Sequence record: CP121101.1
Strand: one strand, 5' to 3'
From: a plasmid
Length of the DNA: 64,000 nucleotides
This document shows positions 1-11,186 of the stretch, one piece after another. Both the position numbers and the translations under genes were made by a program. Under the pieces are notes generated by a model. It worked only from the letters and a program-made list of their open reading frames with translations. It did no database searches and was not told the DNA's origin. The first letter of the stretch is position 1; each line of letters opens with the position of its first letter.

Positions 1-448
1 CATTGCGCTGGCGTAGGCCTGCATAACCCCAAGGCGGATTGGGTTTTGATAGCCGTCGGCACTTGAATGCGGACCAAGCAAAGCATGCCGCGTTGTCATA
101 TCATATTGTTTTTTAACGTTTTGACTGTTTATTGCCCTTAGGGGAGATCTACCTTTCCAGCAGCCCAGCGGGCAGTAATATGTCAAAAATTGGCTCCGTA
201 TGGGTGTGTGCGTGTTGCTTAGCTCAATCCGTGTAGACCCAATGGGCTCCGCTAGGTTGATCCAACACGTGCCTGAGGAGGAGTGCCGCCCCGTTCTTCA
301 TGGGCACTTCGGTGCAATTGGTCGCTTGTATTGTGGGAATTCTCCCCAACGGCTGGGATGGTGAGTGCAATGAATGTGATCTGAGTCACGTTTTGTTTTA
401 GGTGCATGCCACCACAAGTGGCGTGGGCGGCGTGCCGTTACTGTGCCG

Positions 449-481
449 CCTATAAAAAACGACCCGCAATAATCGCGGGTC
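449..481 (-). terminator. Rho-independent terminator (hairpin GACCCGC-AATAAT-GCGGGTC plus T-run on the minus strand) downstream of the 486..800 gene
   Basis: Stem-loop and poly-T read directly in the sequence. Confidence 0.5.
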
Positions 482-485
482 TTTC

Positions 486-800
486 CTATCTTCTCGTTCG
501 CTTGGCGAACAGGCCGAGTTGAGAGTTTATATAGTCGAGCTGAGTTTGGGTTTTTATGGCCAGAGAGCTCTCTGTTTCATCTAGCTGGAGACCAAAACCA
601 CTGTAATTCGATATCCTTCTGTTACTACCATCGACAATCTTCCATCTGAGGTAAATCCTATTGTAACTCCGATGTGGGATTATTATTAATGGAAGAGCAT
701 CGCGAATCTTCAAATTAAGCTCATGGACAATATTTGAAATCTCGGCCTCTATATAGTCATCGCTCATCTGTTTCAGAGAGTTTAGACAGAGGCCATCCAT
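486..800 (-). CDS. Hypothetical protein (104 aa)
   Basis: ORF followed by a terminator; no recognisable motif. Confidence 0.35.
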   Translation of the reverse strand: MDGLCLNSLKQMSDDYIEAEISNIVHELNLKIRDALPLIIIPHRSYNRIYLRWKIVDGSNRRISNYSGFGLQLDETESSLAIKTQTQLDYINSQLGLFAKRTRR

Positions 801-809
801 CTCTCTTCA

Positions 810-1652
810 TCATGCCTCTTCGGCTGTCGTTTCCTTAACGATTTCAGGTTCGATGTAAGCGTCCGCTGGGTTGCTCTTTCTTTCCGCTACGTTATGAATT
901 TCAGGTGCGAATTCATGCCGAGTTTCACCGCGCATGTGGCCAATCGATGGCAAGATCCCAATCGACTCATAACGCTCTGCAGCGATGCGAGCTTTCTCGT
1001 TATTGGCTAACACGTCATCTCGAGTGACAGGAGTATGTCGATAAGACGCTGCGCGTGAAATGAGTGCTCGGCAGCCCCGCATAACATCGCGAATGTAAGT
1101 GGTTCTTGCACTCGGGCTAAGCAGAGCTACATGGCTTGCAAGCATGACAAGGCGAATGAAGGAGTCAATTTCCAGGACTGTATACAGGAACTGATAGTAG
1201 AGCTGGCTACCACTACGAACCTGATAGACGATGGGTTTCACGGAGAAAGATTCAGAGGATGTGAAATTCTCTGGAACCCGGTCTTCCATGTAGCTAATCA
1301 GTGCCTGCTTTTTGGTTTTCAACTCTTCTCTGAACTCTGTAATTGCTGTCCAGATTGAATCAAACCAGAAGTCTGCATAGGGGTTGTCGAGTCGGATATC
1401 CCCTTCCAGGATCATCATGGATTGCGCCAACATGGTCAGATTGTGTGGGGTGAATTTTTTCTTCTGACCATTGTCATCAGTACCGTCCTGATCCGATTCA
1501 CGCTTGACGCCGGAAAACAGTGCGGCTCCTTCATAGGTATGGATCTCAATTTTGATGTGTGACCTGAGTCTGCCCAGTTCGGTTACTCGATTGCTCGGTG
1601 TGCTCGAGGTCTCTTCATTGCTGAGGGCTCCAAGAATCAGTTTGCTGCTCAT
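810..1652 (-). CDS. Hypothetical protein (280 aa), part of the ICE-like gene block
   Basis: Long ORF co-directional with the neighbouring ICE-like genes. Confidence 0.45.
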   Translation of the reverse strand: MSSKLILGALSNEETSSTPSNRVTELGRLRSHIKIEIHTYEGAALFSGVKRESDQDGTDDNGQKKKFTPHNLTMLAQSMMILEGDIRLDNPYADFWFDSIWTAITEFREELKTKKQALISYMEDRVPENFTSSESFSVKPIVYQVRSGSQLYYQFLYTVLEIDSFIRLVMLASHVALLSPSARTTYIRDVMRGCRALISRAASYRHTPVTRDDVLANNEKARIAAERYESIGILPSIGHMRGETRHEFAPEIHNVAERKSNPADAYIEPEIVKETTAEEA

Positions 1653-1761
1653 TTTTCCTTTTTCTCCGTTTGTTGATCAAATGATGATGTCGACAGCGTG
1701 GTATACCTGTGTTGCCATTTTTTTTATGCTGGGTGTGATAGTGATGTTGAGACCCATGCCA

Positions 1762-2660
1762 CTACATGCATTCGTACATCTCCTGACATCGGCCTGATTC
1801 CACTTTGAAAATCCTCCCCATAAGTACGCCAAGATGCTGGCCTGCATGCTTCAGTGAAATTTCCTCCCGCTCATCGCCTTGGTAAAATTCGACTATGAAT
1901 CTGACGATCTGCGTGTAGAGATCCAGAGGGTCCATTACATCAAAACTTGGTTGGAAGAGATTCAGCGTGTGAATCACAAGCCCCTCCAGACGGGGGTCGA
2001 TTTTCGACGTTGGTCGGCCGGGAGTATTTTGCGTCCCCATCCACTGGATGGCTGAAATTGGCGAGCCCGTGATGATACCGATTTTCTTCCTGTGAATTTT
2101 CAGCATGGACAGAAGCTGTTGAGTTCGTATCACTTCGTTAAGCTGTTCAGAGGTCTCCCCAATGATCATGGCGATGTCTGGCGATAACCTTATGTGCTCC
2201 GGTAGTATCAATGTAGCAAGAGAACCGAGCCTACTTGGATTCATCCTGCAGTATTGGACTACTGACATAAGTTCATCCCTTTTCAGTAGACATACATCTG
2301 CTAGGAATCACAATTTGTGAAGCTACTACTGATCAAATGCAGTAGAAGTGCCCGAGGGAATTGAGCATCTGCGTCCTCGTCCCTTGCAGGCATACCGTTG
2401 GCGATGGCATTGAATACTGGTCGAAGATCGATAGTTCCAAAGCACCCGCTAGGGTCATCATGAATGTCATCCATCACTCGGCGTTTGAACTGAAGCGTCT
2501 TTATCCAAAATTCATTCTGGCAAAATTGCTCAAGCCCATACCCTGTTAGATTGTGAGAAAAGGGGGCCGCATATGAACGATGTAGGATGGCGTGCCTGAT
2601 TATCTCTGCCAGGAGTGAGCCACAGCATGCGATCAATTTGTCCCGTTTATTCGACATCAC
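1762..2660 (-). pseudogene. Probable C-terminal continuation of the ParB-like protein, split into two ORFs (1762..2268 and 2301..2660)
   Basis: ORF 2301..2660 overlaps the end of 2647..3486 in another frame; consistent with a ~560-aa ICE ParB-family protein broken by indels. Confidence 0.3.
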
Positions 2661-3486
2661 ACTCTCCGCTGTTTAGTGCCACGCTGATCGACATGCGTCG
2701 TATCAATCGCATTAGTCTGCCACAAGCTGGGTGAATTGTGTTGTCGTTTGATTCGTCGATCATGGAGATGATTGTTGCGTTGGCCCAGGACGAACGAGAT
2801 AGGTTGAATCGCAGATGAATTGACTCTGCCATCTCGTTTTCATCGCGATATCCATTTCTGAGAGCCAACTTATCGAGGCCGGCCGCCAGTGACTCGCTTC
2901 GTGATGATTGTGCGCCGAGCAGAAGTAAAGGGATTGCTCTGACCATTTGTACTCTGCTGGAGACGCTGCGCAGATCAACACAGAAACCGCCATGTATAAG
3001 CGTTGATAGTTTTATGCCATATGTTGAGGCAATAGATTCGGCGGTGAGATAGATTGCGTGATCAAGAAATGAGAGGTCTTGTTGTGCTTCAGAGATCTGC
3101 TCTGGTGCTGTGGAGATCTCGATGTCTGGTTTTGTGGCGACCAGAAATGAAATGGCATGGCCAACAGTGTAACCCTCGATGGGGCTTGTTGGATTGTTGT
3201 CCCACTTATCCTGACCGTCGCAAATCTGCGAGAGAAGGGCGGCCACGTTTTTGATTTCCATGGCCGACGCCGACCGGAGCTTCTCAGCACCAAATGTTAC
3301 GATGCTGTTCCAGCTTGCTCGGTAGTCGCGAATAAACCGCTTCGATGAGGCCATCACCTCTTCGTAACTACTAGGTGTATCAATTGGAATTTCAAGCTGC
3401 TCGTTGCCGTAGAGTGCTGCAATTGCTAACAGTCTCTCCCCGCCATCAAGCTTCCTAAGATCCAAATCTTCTTCTAGCCCGTTCAC
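2647..3486 (-). CDS. ParB-like nuclease-domain protein, N-terminal part of a PFGI-1/ICEclc-class ICE ParB family protein
   Basis: Motif LDGGERLLAIAALYG fits the ParB/Srx 'DGxhRxxAxxxLG' signature; next to a MobH relaxase. Confidence 0.45.
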   Translation of the reverse strand: MNGLEEDLDLRKLDGGERLLAIAALYGNEQLEIPIDTPSSYEEVMASSKRFIRDYRASWNSIVTFGAEKLRSASAMEIKNVAALLSQICDGQDKWDNNPTSPIEGYTVGHAISFLVATKPDIEISTAPEQISEAQQDLSFLDHAIYLTAESIASTYGIKLSTLIHGGFCVDLRSVSSRVQMVRAIPLLLLGAQSSRSESLAAGLDKLALRNGYRDENEMAESIHLRFNLSRSSWANATIISMIDESNDNTIHPACGRLMRLIRRMSISVALNSGECDVE

Positions 3487-3539
3487 TATTTATCCTCCCG
3501 CAATCACCACAAAATTTGTGTCTTTTTTTTTTGCGATAT

Positions 3540-5598
3540 CTATCTGATATCGCCGAGTGTTATGAATCTATTTGCATTGTTGAAATCGAGGTCAAGCATC
3601 AGCTCTTCGGTACCCTGTGCTGTCAGCACCATCACGTGCAAGTCAGCTCGTTTTCGCATGCCAACAATTTCAGCTGTGATCATTGTGCCACCCAGGATAG
3701 AACGCTCAAACGTCAATACCGATGCAATGGCGTGCTGAATTTTGGACACTGCATCGCGTCTCGCTTTGGGATCCATGTTCTTGTTCGCGCCATTTTGATC
3801 TAGAAGGTGTAGAAAAGCCCCGGGCTGACAAAACAGAGCCTGCGTTCTGAAACGATATGTACTGCGCCAGCTCTTGCATTGACCTGGATGGTCCCGGTCA
3901 TGATCTGTGCACGTAGCCACTCAATAAATTGGTGTGCTGTATCAGAACGGCCAGAATTTTTTTTTTTGATGGAGTGTGGCGCGGACTGTCGAGTCTCCTG
4001 ACGTGTACTCGGCGCCTCATTTCCTTGAATGAAGTTTTTGAAGTCGTCGCTTGTAGTCTTCACCGTCAAAGGGTATTCAACGTTGCTCGCTACCACTTCG
4101 GCAGTAAGTTCAGTGAAGCTCTGATTATCGGTGCAGGTTGGTGGGACTTGCTCATTACGCTGTTGAGGTTGTGACTCCATGCTCTGATCGGGTGGGACCA
4201 TTTTGGCTTCAGGAGCGGCGGTGTTTTTCGGTATCGTCTGAGTAGAGATAGCCTTCTGATCTGAATGAACTTGTGATTGAGCGGGCTTAGCAACCTGCTT
4301 CACATCGCTTGTTGATGAGCCTGCCTTGGCCGGCTGAGCTTCACCGGGGATCTGATGATGATATTGTTCATCTACAGATGGGCATAGAAGCCTGCCGGTG
4401 TAGACTGGAAGCTTTGCATCTGGGTCTAGGACCTGGCGTTTGATCAGCACCACTGCAAGTGGCTTTTGATTTGGAGTGAACATGAGCGAGTGCATCGCCT
4501 TCCCATTCATGTTCAGTATCAACATGCCGTTGTCACCCATTGTGTCGTAAATCAAGCTGGTGTTATCCGGCAGGAACTGGTTTTCGGAGCCGAGGGCAGA
4601 TCGGATGCATTCGACGAAACGCGGGGCGACACAAGCAATGAAGTGTTGGGATACCCAATAGGGTGAATTTTTCTTGTTAGGCTCAAAGTCACGCAGTGAC
4701 AGCGTAATTCCCTTGATGGCCAGGGCATGAATTTGCGGCCTTTTTGCAAGAGAGCTATTCACAGTGGCTTGTGCAGCTATTGCTACAGGGGCATCTGCCA
4801 TGGGTCGCCTGTTGATTGAGAGTCGCACTCAATCACGCACCGACCGATATTCCCCCCTAGCTCCATTGCTTTTCCACCAATCGTGGCAAGCCATTCATCG
4901 CGGATGATTGATTTTTTCCAGATCCAACTGAGTGCAGCCCTTGGCATGATTTGGAATATCAGTGGAAGACTCGCAACTTCGTGTACGCCGTGCTGGCGGC
5001 GGTCATTGTATCGATAGATGTACTTGGTACCCGGCGCCATGGGGCCAAGGTGTGGCAACCAGGGTGTCATGTTTGACCCCTTCACAACCACCACATCAAC
5101 ATCAGTGAGGAGCTTGCCAATATCGTGCAGTGCCCCCGCTGAAGTCATCGCGAAGATATATAAGGCCTGCCATTGAGAGATCTGTTCCTCTCCATCGGCT
5201 ATGTATAAGAATCGACCTGCGATTCGGGCTGAGTACACCGCAACTTCGATACTGTGCTCTAACAGACCACCAAGGTGAGCGTGGTGATGTCGTTCACTCG
5301 CGGGCAGGTGCTGGCACCAAGCTGCAAGATTTCGAAAGAGCTCCATGTAAATTTGATTGAATCGGGTCTCATCGAGTTGCGTGAACGCACTCAAGTTCTG
5401 CAGCAGGGGTATATGGCGTTTTAACAAGGCATCAGGGCTCTCTGCGACGAGGGCACCACCGCTTAATGCATTTGCTTGTTGTGCTGGATCAGCGTGTGAT
5501 TTGTTATCGATTTGTCCGACTTGTTGCCTTGTTGACCGCTTGAACCACCAATTACGCACGCCTGCTTCTCCTTCACTTCTTGTAGTATTTTCTTCCAA
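3540..5598 (-). CDS. traI: MobH-family (TraI_2, HD-domain) conjugative relaxase, read across three overlapping ORFs (4783..5598, 3800..4828, 3540..3920) with two apparent frameshifts
   Basis: HD-hydrolase motif HHAHLGGLLEHSIEVA...ALHDIGK typical of ICE TraI_2 relaxases; combined length ~690 aa. Confidence 0.55.
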
Positions 5599-6089
5599 AC
5601 ACTGATCACTCTGGGGTCAGCCTCTGGCATCACTTTTCTCTGAACTTGTGTTGGGTACATTCGACCGATGAAAGAGTGAAGGGCTTCATCTTCAGGGTTC
5701 CAGCTTTCCCCCTGGCAGTAGAAGTGCAGCCTCCCTAATGAACAGCTTGCTATCGCCATATGGGCGGCGGCTTCCGGAGTTTTCTCGGTTTGTGGCAATG
5801 GCTTGCCACAAGCAGCAACGGAAGTTCATTTTTGGGGGCCATTGAGCTGGGTGTTGCTGAGTCAAAAATTGCACAGTGGGCGGAAAAATCTCTGATCGCT
5901 GTATAAAGGACTCTCATCTCTGGCTCAAGAGCAAAGTTGAGCTTGTCCTTCCCGGTCAGAAATTCGTATAACTCACCCCAAGGGTTCACCGCTTTCTCTT
6001 TAACCAACACAACACCCCCCTTTAAGTTTTGTGGCATTATCTAGCAACTGAGGACTAATAAACGGCTGTCAATTTAGAGGGGGGTTTTT

Positions 6090-7658
6090 ATGGCGGGTGT
6101 TTGGGTTGTAAAGGGGGGGACGCTTCAACCGATTAGGCGTCTCGAGAAGTCTATAATCCTGCATCCAGACAACCGCGATAGCCTTGAGACGCAGGAGCTT
6201 CTTGCAACGTTGCACCACAATAAGTATTGGCTACTCTGTGGGTGTAAGAAGCCGGACGCGAGGATGTTTGTGCGCCAGGTTGCGGAAGATAGGTACCTGA
6301 TAGTCAATCACCATGAGCATGGTCACCACGACCCACATTGCCCTCTGCGCACGTCTCTTGGGTTGGGAGGCGCATCGGAGGACTCTGGCCCTGATGCTGG
6401 CGACAACACTACCGCGATGAAGCAGCCAGAGTATCGCCTGATCTCTCCATACCGCAAGATAGACCTGCTTTCGTTGGATGGTGATGTCATTGATGATGCG
6501 GAAGCACAACGGAGTGCTGCTCTTGATGAATTGGGCATATCACCTGTTGATAATTCGGATAAACCGAAACGAACTCAGGCTGAGAACCCCGCTCAGAAGG
6601 TAGATGTTCTCTACAAACTCCTCTGGCAACTGATGGACGATTCGTTCTGCACTTATCGTCACCACCGGCAGAAGATCTCGATGAACTCTTTGCAGATGAA
6701 GATACGGGCGGCAGCGTATCCGCTCAATCTCAAAGGGTTTGGGTGCTTGCAGCAATTCACATTTGTTGGGGAACAGGGATTGGACATGCTGCTTGGCCAA
6801 CTAAATCGTGCCCATAAACGCGACCCTAAGACCCGGCACCAATTCCTTTTTTTGTGTGTGATCGCCGACTACACCCTGTTTAATGGTGCGGCTTCTTGCG
6901 TCTTGCTCAATGGTTCTGCACTAATGTTGGGGCAGGCTAAACGACCACCACTGTTGCTAAATGGGATGCAGTCAGGTGATGGTCCGTTCATGCTGGCTGT
7001 AACCTTTGCCTACGATAAGCCAACCGATGAGGGACCCTCAATCCTCCGTTGGGCGTTGCAACCGCTTGCCAGTGCAGAGACCCCGTTACCAGTTGCCAGT
7101 TGGCCAGAGCGCCTTATTGTGATTGAGATGGCCCGTTGCCTGGACAACATTGATCCCAACATCAGCACACGTTACCAGCTCTGGTTGCATAAGCCTGTTT
7201 TGCCAATGGTCGACCGAATGACTGGAGTCTGGATCCAGCCGGCGATCACGTTGATGGCCAAGGACTCTCGCGGTGAACGTTGCCGCGTTGCCTTCAGGCT
7301 CCAGGGGGAGGGTGACAATATCGAGGCCTACAAACGTACTTTTGAGCATGTCCATACCCTGGATCTGGATAGCCCCAGTACGTTGGCTAAGTCATGCCAA
7401 GAGATGTTTGTCATTGGGAAGGGGGTGATTGACGATCACTATCGGGCGCTTGACAAAGAGCGTGCTGAACTGGAAGCAATGGAAGAACAGAAAAAAATCG
7501 AGTATCGAATGCAGAATAGAGAGCTTGAAATCCGTGGAGAGCTATCCCTAGCTTCAGCTGGCCACCCAGATATTCCCCCGATGCCGATGGACACTCCAGA
7601 GTATGAGATCCCTTACGATGAAGAGTGGGATCGCATGATAGAGGACCCGGACGACTGA
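6090..7658 (+). CDS. Hypothetical protein (522 aa), His-rich N-region, conserved-hypothetical type
   Basis: Long ORF followed by a strong terminator. Confidence 0.55.
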   Translation: MAGVWVVKGGTLQPIRRLEKSIILHPDNRDSLETQELLATLHHNKYWLLCGCKKPDARMFVRQVAEDRYLIVNHHEHGHHDPHCPLRTSLGLGGASEDSGPDAGDNTTAMKQPEYRLISPYRKIDLLSLDGDVIDDAEAQRSAALDELGISPVDNSDKPKRTQAENPAQKVDVLYKLLWQLMDDSFCTYRHHRQKISMNSLQMKIRAAAYPLNLKGFGCLQQFTFVGEQGLDMLLGQLNRAHKRDPKTRHQFLFLCVIADYTLFNGAASCVLLNGSALMLGQAKRPPLLLNGMQSGDGPFMLAVTFAYDKPTDEGPSILRWALQPLASAETPLPVASWPERLIVIEMARCLDNIDPNISTRYQLWLHKPVLPMVDRMTGVWIQPAITLMAKDSRGERCRVAFRLQGEGDNIEAYKRTFEHVHTLDLDSPSTLAKSCQEMFVIGKGVIDDHYRALDKERAELEAMEEQKKIEYRMQNRELEIRGELSLASAGHPDIPPMPMDTPEYEIPYDEEWDRMIEDPDD

Positions 7659-7667
7659 ATTTCGGGC

Positions 7668-7703
7668 AAAAAAAAACCACGCCAATAGGCGTGGTTTTTT
7701 GTT
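7668..7703 (+). terminator. Rho-independent terminator (CCACGCC-AATAG-GCGTGG plus T-run)
   Basis: aaaaaaaaccacgccaataggcgtggttttttgtttttt. Confidence 0.7.
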
Positions 7704-8153
7704 TTTTAACTTCGGGCCTTAATTCGCAGGAGGCGTGAACGTTCAAATGCGGCCGCATCCTCCCGGCACATAAACCAGAAACGAATCGCAAAGGCTAAGC
7801 CGACGACTTCAAGTGCTAAAACAATGTTGATCCACATAATGAGATCCTTGGCCAGAAAGGCCTGGTTGAGGTGGCCCAGATGGGCGGGTTGGAGGTTGGC
7901 AGCCGCGGTTAGCGGTACAGGCTGGTTATGCCATCGCCTGTCAGCACACTCTCGGGAGAGAGTGGTTTGGGCTGTGCGCATATGAGGGCGCTCAGGCCAA
8001 ACATGACAGTCTGAGAACGACAAAACGCAGCCAGGGCTGCGTTTTGTGATTGGGGTGACTCCGATGCATTTCTGCGTGTGCTATGCGGGTAAACCGAAGG
8101 AGAATGAGCACTTCGGTAAAATTATCCTATAAGCGGCCGTCATGCAACGGCTG

Positions 8154-8867
8154 TTATTTATTGCCCATGATGTTCGTGACCAATTTCTTGAGCATCCCGG
8201 GTTCGTGTTGCCCTTCCTGGGAAATGGGATGGCCCTGTTCACTGTTTGGTGAGTGACGGCGGGAGCGTTCTTGCCTATCACGCTCTGCCCGCTCTAGCGC
8301 GACGCGATAAGTGATACTGCCGCGCATAAAACCAATCAAGGCGCTGAAGCTGAGGCAAAATGCCTGGCACAGTCTGCGGCTGGTTTCATGCTTGTCTTTG
8401 GGTGAGCGATTGTGGGTCAGCAGCTCCATAAACTGCAGATCACGGTCGCTGGGCCCATCTGGAATGACGATGCCTGTTGGAGGGGTGATGTCGAAAACCT
8501 CCAGGATCGCTTTCTCTGGTGAGTAACCCATATCGAAGACAAGCTGGCGTAGCCTTGTGATGTGCTGCCGTGCTCGTTCTGCTCTCCGGTCGGCCTCGAT
8601 CATCTCCAATTTAGTGGCACTCATACCCGGGGTGCATAAGGTGGAGGCATTTATTGGTTTGATGTTGACTGCCAGAAAACCTTTTTGTACGGCGCGAGCG
8701 TTGAATTCTACAATCATGCCGACTTCAGGAGGAGCCTCACCTAGCCAGTTTTGAGGGGTGATGAAGTAATCGACGCCGGAGATGTCTGCGATAGTGCCGA
8801 TGGGGCCCGTATCATTGATCACTGTACCGACGACAAAGCCGCGTAGAGGGCCAAATGCGATGCTCAT
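8154..8867 (-). CDS. Hypothetical protein (237 aa)
   Basis: ORF in a co-directional block. Confidence 0.45.
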   Translation of the reverse strand: MSIAFGPLRGFVVGTVINDTGPIGTIADISGVDYFITPQNWLGEAPPEVGMIVEFNARAVQKGFLAVNIKPINASTLCTPGMSATKLEMIEADRRAERARQHITRLRQLVFDMGYSPEKAILEVFDITPPTGIVIPDGPSDRDLQFMELLTHNRSPKDKHETSRRLCQAFCLSFSALIGFMRGSITYRVALERAERDRQERSRRHSPNSEQGHPISQEGQHEPGMLKKLVTNIMGNK

Positions 8868-8873
8868 GATTTA

Positions 8874-9248
8874 CTACTGCTCCTGGTAAAGCCAGAGGCG
8901 CGAGATAAGCGGCTCATTGGCGGTTTTTTTTGTTTGCCGCGGTGGGCGTTTTTGGGTGACGTCGTAGTTCTTTAGAAGACCGATCTTCACCTTCTGAGCT
9001 CCGAGAATGAGAACCGGGGTCGATGCTACTTGCATACGACGGCTATCTCCTTCCACCAGCCAGGCTTGCGGATGGACTGGATTGGGGCGCCGGATGACAA
9101 GACGAGCATCATCGGAGAGTGCGGATAGCAGCACAATTTCATCCTCTAGCTGTGCGACCCAACCAGTTGGATCGATTACATGGCGAGGGGGGGAGTCCTG
9201 TGATGCTCTAAGCGTACCGATGATCTGTTGTTTGGTCATTCTCTGCAT
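8874..9248 (-). CDS. Hypothetical protein (124 aa)
   Basis: ORF. Confidence 0.4.
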   Translation of the reverse strand: MQRMTKQQIIGTLRASQDSPPRHVIDPTGWVAQLEDEIVLLSALSDDARLVIRRPNPVHPQAWLVEGDSRRMQVASTPVLILGAQKVKIGLLKNYDVTQKRPPRQTKKTANEPLISRLWLYQEQ

Positions 9249-9853
9249 AGTGTTTTTATGAGCCCAACAGAACGAAATTGATCGGGCTGTGTGTCGCAGG
9301 CGACGGTGATTTGTCGGTAAAACTGCAAAGTGATCAGCCCCTCGAACATGCCTTTGCTATGCAGAAACTCCCACCGAGTATTGGGTCCCCCAATTATTGT
9401 GCCTGAGTTTGTTACTAGGTCTCGGAAGGTTTTTCGGTCTGCATTAATGGCATCGATTATACCGGCGAGCTCCTCGTTGTGCCTGGAGTGAATCTGAATC
9501 GCTCCCGGCAAGCGGTACACCAGGCGAGTGTTTTCACCAGCGTCCGCGTACAGATGGCCCCAAGCATGGTGAGCAGCATACAGAGCTTCGAGTCCGTGAG
9601 CCGGAGTCACCGTTATAGAGGGAGTGTCGTGGCGGGTATCCTGCTTCGGGTCATGCGGGGGGAGGGCAAAGGTGCTTCCTTGGATGAACTCGCTGTCGTC
9701 AATGAAGTCGCGCAGCATGGCCAACAGCTGGTGTTGACGCTGCTCCAGAGTGCGGAGCTGTGCAGCTAGTTCGTACTTATTCATGGGGCACTCCATCGAG
9801 GGGCTCAAACTGGTGCTATTATGACCAGTGGAGAGTGATTTCTCAACCAACAT
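9236..9853 (-). CDS. Hypothetical protein (~185-205 aa), ICE-associated conserved hypothetical
   Basis: ORF; the likely start is the internal Met MNKYELAAQL. Confidence 0.45.
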   Translation of the reverse strand: MLVEKSLSTGHNSTSLSPSMECPMNKYELAAQLRTLEQRQHQLLAMLRDFIDDSEFIQGSTFALPPHDPKQDTRHDTPSITVTPAHGLEALYAAHHAWGHLYADAGENTRLVYRLPGAIQIHSRHNEELAGIIDAINADRKTFRDLVTNSGTIIGGPNTRWEFLHSKGMFEGLITLQFYRQITVACDTQPDQFRSVGLIKTLCRE

Positions 9854-10204
9854 TCCTATAGGATGATCTTCAATCAGAACACAGCCCTTCGGGCTGTGCT
9901 CAACTCCTGGGCTACTTTGCTCTAACGACGCCCCGAGTGCTCGGCTAGACCCGGTTCCGCTACTTCTGCGAGACCGCGCTCGCGCGAAGAGAAAGGGTGA
10001 GAGAGTGAAGAGAAAGAGAGAAAATAGAGATCATTACTTAGGCTTCGGAGTTTATGAGGATCGTATCGGTTCAGCAGCTAGGCGTCTTGTATCAGTTATC
10101 GAAATAGGAATGTTGGTTGAGATTTTAAATGTGACCACCTATCACAATAAGCTCTCCCCCGGAGATACCTCACACCTATGGCGCGATGGCCACAAAGCAG
10201 GGCA

Positions 10205-10232
10205 TAAAAAAGCCCCGCTGTGCGGGGCTATT
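10205..10232 (-). terminator. Rho-independent terminator (GCCCCGC-TGT-GCGGGGC) downstream of the 10267..10647 gene
   Basis: Hairpin plus T-run on the minus strand. Confidence 0.6.
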
Positions 10233-10266
10233 TCTTGAATGTCAGTCTATGTGCTGCATTCACTGT

Positions 10267-10647
10267 TCAACAGACCTCATCTAGTGAGAGGTAACCTTGC
10301 GCACTGAGCCAGTTCAGTACCGCTTCGTGAAGAAGCTGGTCCGACTCCATTTTCAGTACAGACTCGAGAATCACTCGAGCCAGGCAATCCCCATCTTTCT
10401 TGTCAGCATGATCGTAGTCGAAGATGCATGCAAGCCGGGAGTAATCAACTAGCTCAGCAATCCAGGCAGAGGTTTTGCCACAGGCGGTAACCAGAGCATC
10501 CATTACCCCATCGTGTTCGTCCGGAGAGGCCTTACGATCACGTAAGTGCATTTGCCAGGTGTTTGCCAGCAGATAACCCATGGTGCTATCGAACATCGGT
10601 TTAGTAGCTACGGTGGTAGTAGCGGTATCTTGCAATGAGTTGTGCAT
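10267..10647 (-). CDS. Hypothetical protein (126 aa)
   Basis: ORF followed by a terminator. Confidence 0.45.
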   Translation of the reverse strand: MHNSLQDTATTTVATKPMFDSTMGYLLANTWQMHLRDRKASPDEHDGVMDALVTACGKTSAWIAELVDYSRLACIFDYDHADKKDGDCLARVILESVLKMESDQLLHEAVLNWLSAQGYLSLDEVC

Positions 10648-10765
10648 TTGTATTCCAAAAGCCCAGAGGGCTGGTTAAACCTTCAACACGAATGTTGAGG
10701 CGAAAGGCCGTTGGCCTGGTTGAAGTGAATAGGGGTATAGCAGTCCAAAAAATCAGATTGACGAC

Positions 10766-11148
10766 CTATTCGTTATGGAAAAGAACATATCCAGCTCCGA
10801 TTTTGCTGGCATCTCTGAACACCGGCCACAATCGTTCTGGGATTGCTCCTTCATCGAGGGCGTCGTAGTTCGCCATATTAAAAAGAAACTCATAAGTTGG
10901 GTTGTCATGGTGATGGTTGCCCTTATGAGAGAAGGAGGCGTGCTCACGCACCCATTCCCACTCCGGGACGTCATATGCGCAGTCATAATCTCCGACGGTT
11001 TCAGGCATGCTGATTTCCAGCACATGACAGACAGGGCCGGCAGTCACTGCCGGTATCTGAGACTTTCCGACTCTTAGATCAATGACCTCGATTACTGCGC
11101 CCCGCATGGACGATGCGATACTCTCAACGACCCTTAGAAGCTCTGGAA
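10766..11148 (-). pseudogene. 3' portion of a chromosomal or island gene interrupted by the Tn21-like insertion; the 5' portion is at 37498..37690
   Basis: The reading frame runs continuously from 37690 across the TGGAA duplication into 11148..10766 once the transposon is removed in silico. Confidence 0.6.
11144..11148. repeat. 5-bp target-site duplication TGGAA, left copy
   Basis: The identical pentamer directly flanks IRmer at 37493..37497. Confidence 0.7.
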
Positions 11149-11186
11149 GGGGTCGTCTCAGAAAACGGAAAATAAAGCACGCTAAG
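11149..11186. repeat. Tn21 IRtnp, 38-bp terminal inverted repeat
   Basis: GGGGTCGTCTCAGAAAACGGAAAATAAAGCACGCTAAG. Confidence 0.9.

Noticed and set aside
7706-8023. 105-aa minus-strand ORF just after the terminator at 7668..7703
   Set aside because: Only the last ~43 codons are hydrophobic and plausible; no start context; likely non-coding
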